Shown here piece after piece: positions 37,101 through 64,000 of a stretch of DNA of 64,000 nt. Origin of the DNA: Octopus sinensis (Eukaryota). Every line of letters begins with the position of its first letter. The first letter of the stretch is position 1. Position numbers and translations under genes: made by a program. The DNA is taken from assembly GCF_006345805.1 (NCBI RefSeq), contig NC_042997.1, positions 188,356,001 to 188,420,000 of the forward strand, in the 5' to 3' direction. Below the pieces are notes generated by a model. That model was not told where the DNA came from. It did no database searches and worked only from the letters and a program-made list of their open reading frames with translations.

Positions 37101-39513
37101 TACATATATATATGTATGTATATATGTATGTATGCACAAAAATCCTATTACTACAAAGACAATGTATGCCACAATGCACAGAGAAATCCTCACAATGAAG
37201 AATTTTTGGCAACTTCATTTTGTTCATCTTGTGGGTTTAATCTGTGACTCTACTTGGTAAACACTGACCACAGCCTCCAATGCAATACTGACCACATAGA
37301 TACGTGAAGTGAGGTTCTAAGTTTAAACAGATGAACGCTATAATTTGTAGTTGATTTTTTTTTTTTCTTCTTTTTCATATGTTAAAAACTTTTTGTAAAA
37401 CCTTGCCCTTAGAAGAAATACATTCTTTTGAAAGTTGCTCTCCACATTCATTCAGAATCTTTCATACATCCAGTTTTAATGTTTTTCTCTCTTTTTTTTT
37501 TGTTTGTTTGTTTAAATCCTTATTTGTCCAACAGCAATATTTTACAAATTAAACATAAACATAAGGTAGCAGATTTTCTTTTATCCTAGTGTATATCCAA
37601 ACTGATAAAAATAGATAAGAAAATAGTAAGTAATGGACACACCAATTCAATTAAGTATGTAAAGAACAGATTTAATATACCTACCCAACCCATTCCAAAA
37701 ACAATAAAATCTTTAGCTGGCTATTTTTTTTTTCTTCTAAATATTGGTCAAAAGAAAAAAAAAAAAGTTATGTTACTCTAAGCATTGGTCCAGAGATGCA
37801 GCATTGAAACAAACAGAATTTGTATCAAAGTACTGCATTAAGGTGCAAGATATAGAATACATCTACTCTAAGAAGTAAAGTTACTTTTCATTATAAAGAA
37901 ATTTAAAGGCTTAATTGCTATTGGTATATAGCAAACAACTGATCAAATTATAAAATTACGAAAAAAAAAAAAACCCAGTAAACCCCAACAAAAACTAAGT
38001 GTTAGAAGTTGTAAAAGAGGCTCTGCAATAATAATAATAATAATAATAATAATTGCTGTGTCAAAGACAGAAGGATAAAAACACGCATAACTGGATTTGA
38101 TGGATATAAGGTGTCAGGATATGTAATACAGAAATGGAGAGGGGGTGGGGGAAATCTGTTGAGGGTTGATAAAATTAAAGGTTCTTGTGAGAAGAAAAGT
38201 ATGTGGGTGAGGTCAGAATGAGGACAAAACAAACAAAAAAAAAGTGAGTGGTAGAGATGGGGGTGGGGATTTAAGCATACTGGAAATTTGAACCTAATCC
38301 AGGCAAGTAATAATTGAAAAATATATGTATATTTATATATATATATTTATATATATATATATATATTGATTTATTTATTTATATTTATATATATTCATCT
38401 ATATGTATATGATAAAATTGGATGTGATATTTTTCAATTTTTTTCCCTTTAATTTTTTTTTATATTTTATTTTCTAATATTTCTTTTATTTTCTCTCTTT
38501 TTTTAACGCCCATCCACTGTACAGGAGTTTGACAGGAGAGTCCACCAGATCAATGGCTGCCAATTGCTTTAAAGACAAAAATACAAATCAATATTTTGCT
38601 AAATTGTTTTTTTTTTCTTCATTTTTTTTATCTCTCCTTTGGGGTTTTTTTTTTAAATCTTCATAAAAAGACTGAAATCTTCCCAGCATAATTTGTCACT
38701 TGAAAGTTGCTATTGTTAGGGGAGGATTGGTTTAAAAATTGCTTAAAATTTCTATGACAATGTTCTTTTGTTCCTTAAAGGTGTATACAGTCTCAAGTCC
38801 CTTTCAAGTGGGAAACATAAAAAAAAAAAAAAAACCTGAAGAAAAAAATTCCCTTTTGTCCTTTGCTTTTTAAAGATCAATCAGTCGGTGGCCTTTTTGT
38901 TTCCCCCATTTCCAAGAATAGCCGTTGTAAAGAAATGTGTTTGGTTGGGTACTGAGACCCATCTGAGCAGTGAAACAATGAAATTGTGTTTAACTGCAGT
39001 GACAATTGTCAAATACAAGAGTCTTTACCTGCTGAACAGTTAAGTTTCTTTTCCTTTTTTTATTTTTTATTATCATTATATATTTGTGTTTATTTTATTT
39101 TATTATTTTTTTTTACATATGTAAACCATTGATCTAAAAAGGTTCAACTTGATTGTTGCTGTCATCATGACCCTCTGAGGTAACACACCAGCCTCGTTTT
39201 GGGTCACAACTAAGAAGGAAGCATTGCATTTCGCAGCAACTTCTCACTTATGGTTGACACAACATTCCAACAGATTTGGAGCTGGAAATGTTGATGTCAG
39301 ATAGAATTTTTTCTTGTTTTCTTTTCATTTTTGAAAATTTTTGTTGTAATTATTTCGCCACATTTTTACCAGTTGTTTTATTTTAACTCATTTTTTTTGT
39401 TTTGGTGAGAAATTTGTTTCACTTTATTTTTATTTTTTTCATAGATTTTTATTCAGTCTTATGATTTAATCACTGGGTATGCTAGCTGGGATTGCAGTTA
39501 CTGTAAGTGTCTC
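33000..39513 (-). other. Probable long 3' UTR of ZMIZ (distal end uncertain)
   Basis: Follows the stop codon. About 6.5 kb almost free of the SINE/RTE copies that fill the flanks. Many A runs on + (U-rich on the mRNA strand). Confidence 0.5.
36741..36851. repeat. Short GC-richer element embedded in (TA)n within the presumed 3' UTR
   Basis: Sharp compositional contrast; (TA)n on both sides. Confidence 0.4.
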
Positions 39514-62312
<22,799 letters not shown>

Positions 62313-63654
62313 CTAAAACGAAAAATAAATAAGACAAAAGCAAATTAGGATTTCCCAAACAAATCAAAGTAAAAATGTCAATTAATATTGAGAATTGGTA
62401 AAAAAAAAAAAAAAAAAAAAAAAATTCAATTAGCAACTAAAATCACAAGCATTGGAGTTATATAAGTAGAAAATTGCTTTAAAAATTAAAAATTAACACA
62501 TCTGATATCCCCTAATAGAGTTTAGGATCTTCATAAAACCAATTCATGTTTTTTTTAAAATTAAGCTATGGATTAAAAATCACTTTGATTTTTGTGTATA
62601 AAGTTTTAAATTGATATGTTGTAAAACTATTTTAGAATTAAGTGTAACAGATGAAACTACTTTAACAGGTTTAGATCACTAATTCTAAAACTTAGAGGTA
62701 ATCAGGAATGTTTACATTATCTTAAATATGAATTAATACATTCCATATATCTATCATTCCAGTTGATCCAATAGTAACAAGCTACTGAACCAGTTGAAGT
62801 AATTATAATACCCTACTATGGGAATGAGTAATTTTTGTGTCATTCATTAGAATATATATATGGAATTCTAACTAGGGCATATTCGCAACTACATAAGTAT
62901 CTTTATGAGAGAACATTGAACGAAGTACAATAAATAATATATGAAAATTAAAATTTCATGAATAAACAGGATTAATAAATTACACAAAATGAAATTGATT
63001 TCATTAATACATCAGTATTTGAAGAAACTTCACAAATGCAATGTAATCATCCCCCATACACACATTCACACACACAAAGAAGCAGTTATCTTATATATAA
63101 GAAATACAAATACAATTAAAAAACACAAACATTATTATAAAAAAAAGCAATTTCCTGAATATTGGGGAAAAAAAAGTACATAACATTTAATGAATGGTTG
63201 TTAAATATGACTACGTGAGATTTTTTCAGTTGGCCTAAAAATTAGGTTTTTCTTTAGCAATTATAATAATTTAGTAACAATCATATATGAGAGAACTGCC
63301 AGCAATGAAATCTGATTTCACAATGTAATAAACAACAACAATGAAGCAATGCATATAATTTATAAAACAAATTCAATTATGATTGTTAATGAGCTAGGTA
63401 ACAAACTGTGTCTTTTGTTCTTCAATGAGTGTGTATTTATGTGTATGTATGCATATGAGTCCCTGAAGAAAACAGGTTAGTAGGGTTTATCCGTCTCATT
63501 GTTAAAATATTTTGACCTTTCCCATGAAAGACTTGCTAAAAAATACGCAAATACTTGTTTTCAAAAGGTTTAATTCTGTCTGAAAAGAGAGTTTGTTCTT
63601 TACAAATCATTCACTATTCATTAAAAAATACTTTTTATATATATGTATTGCAGT

Positions 63655-64000
63655 TGTGTCTTACCAACATCAACTTTGCCTTTAATCTTTTCAGGGCTGT
63701 TGAAATAAAGTATGTTAAGTATGACCCCCACCACCAACTGATATTGACTAACCTCCTCCCACAGAATTTCAGGCCTTGTGCCTATAATGGAAACCACATT
63801 TATTATCATTATTATTATTATTATTATTATTATTAAGGTGGTGAGCTGGTAGACTTGTTGGCACACCGGATGAAATGCTTAGGAGTATTTCGCCCAGCAT
63901 TACATTCTGAGTTCAAATTTTGCCGAGGCTGACTTTGCCTTTCATCTCTTCGGGAGGGGGGTCAATAAATTAAGTACCAGTTGAGTACTGGGGTCAATGT
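63655..64000 (+). mobile_element. Two tandem TTCTGAGTTCAAAT SINEs separated by (TTA)n
   Basis: Family similarity. Confidence 0.75.

Noticed and set aside
62313-64000. Further upstream ZMIZ exons
   Set aside because: No open, splice-flanked, ZMIZ-like segment found; the upstream exons must lie outside the window.

Overview
AT-rich, repeat-dense metazoan genomic DNA, most likely an octopus; this is inferred from the SINE/RTE repeat landscape and the microsatellite load. One protein-coding gene is supported: a ZMIZ1/ZMIZ2/tonalli-type SP-RING (MIZ zinc finger) co-activator on the minus strand. It has 14 in-frame GT-AG coding exons between 62312 and the stop at 39514 (about 890 codons); its 5' exons lie beyond the window. 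A probably very long, nearly transposon-free 3' UTR runs toward about 33 kb. Positions 1-32.8 kb are intergenic: tRNA-derived SINEs, RTE LINE fragments, R4/Dong-like and Penelope-like fragments, mariner derivatives, TTAA MITEs and microsatellites, often nested. The best leads are (1) a tandemly duplicated, skippable ZMIZ exon with a purifying-selection signature, (2) hammerhead-ribozyme-shaped motifs in Penelope-like repeats, (3) an RTE reverse transcriptase with a PHD finger inserted in it, itself split by a DNA transposon, (4) long intronic foldbacks that could be ADAR substrates, and (5) a candidate extra 66-nt cassette exon. I did not find a clearly new multi-gene system. Exon coordinates were phase-checked by hand; repeat boundaries are approximate.
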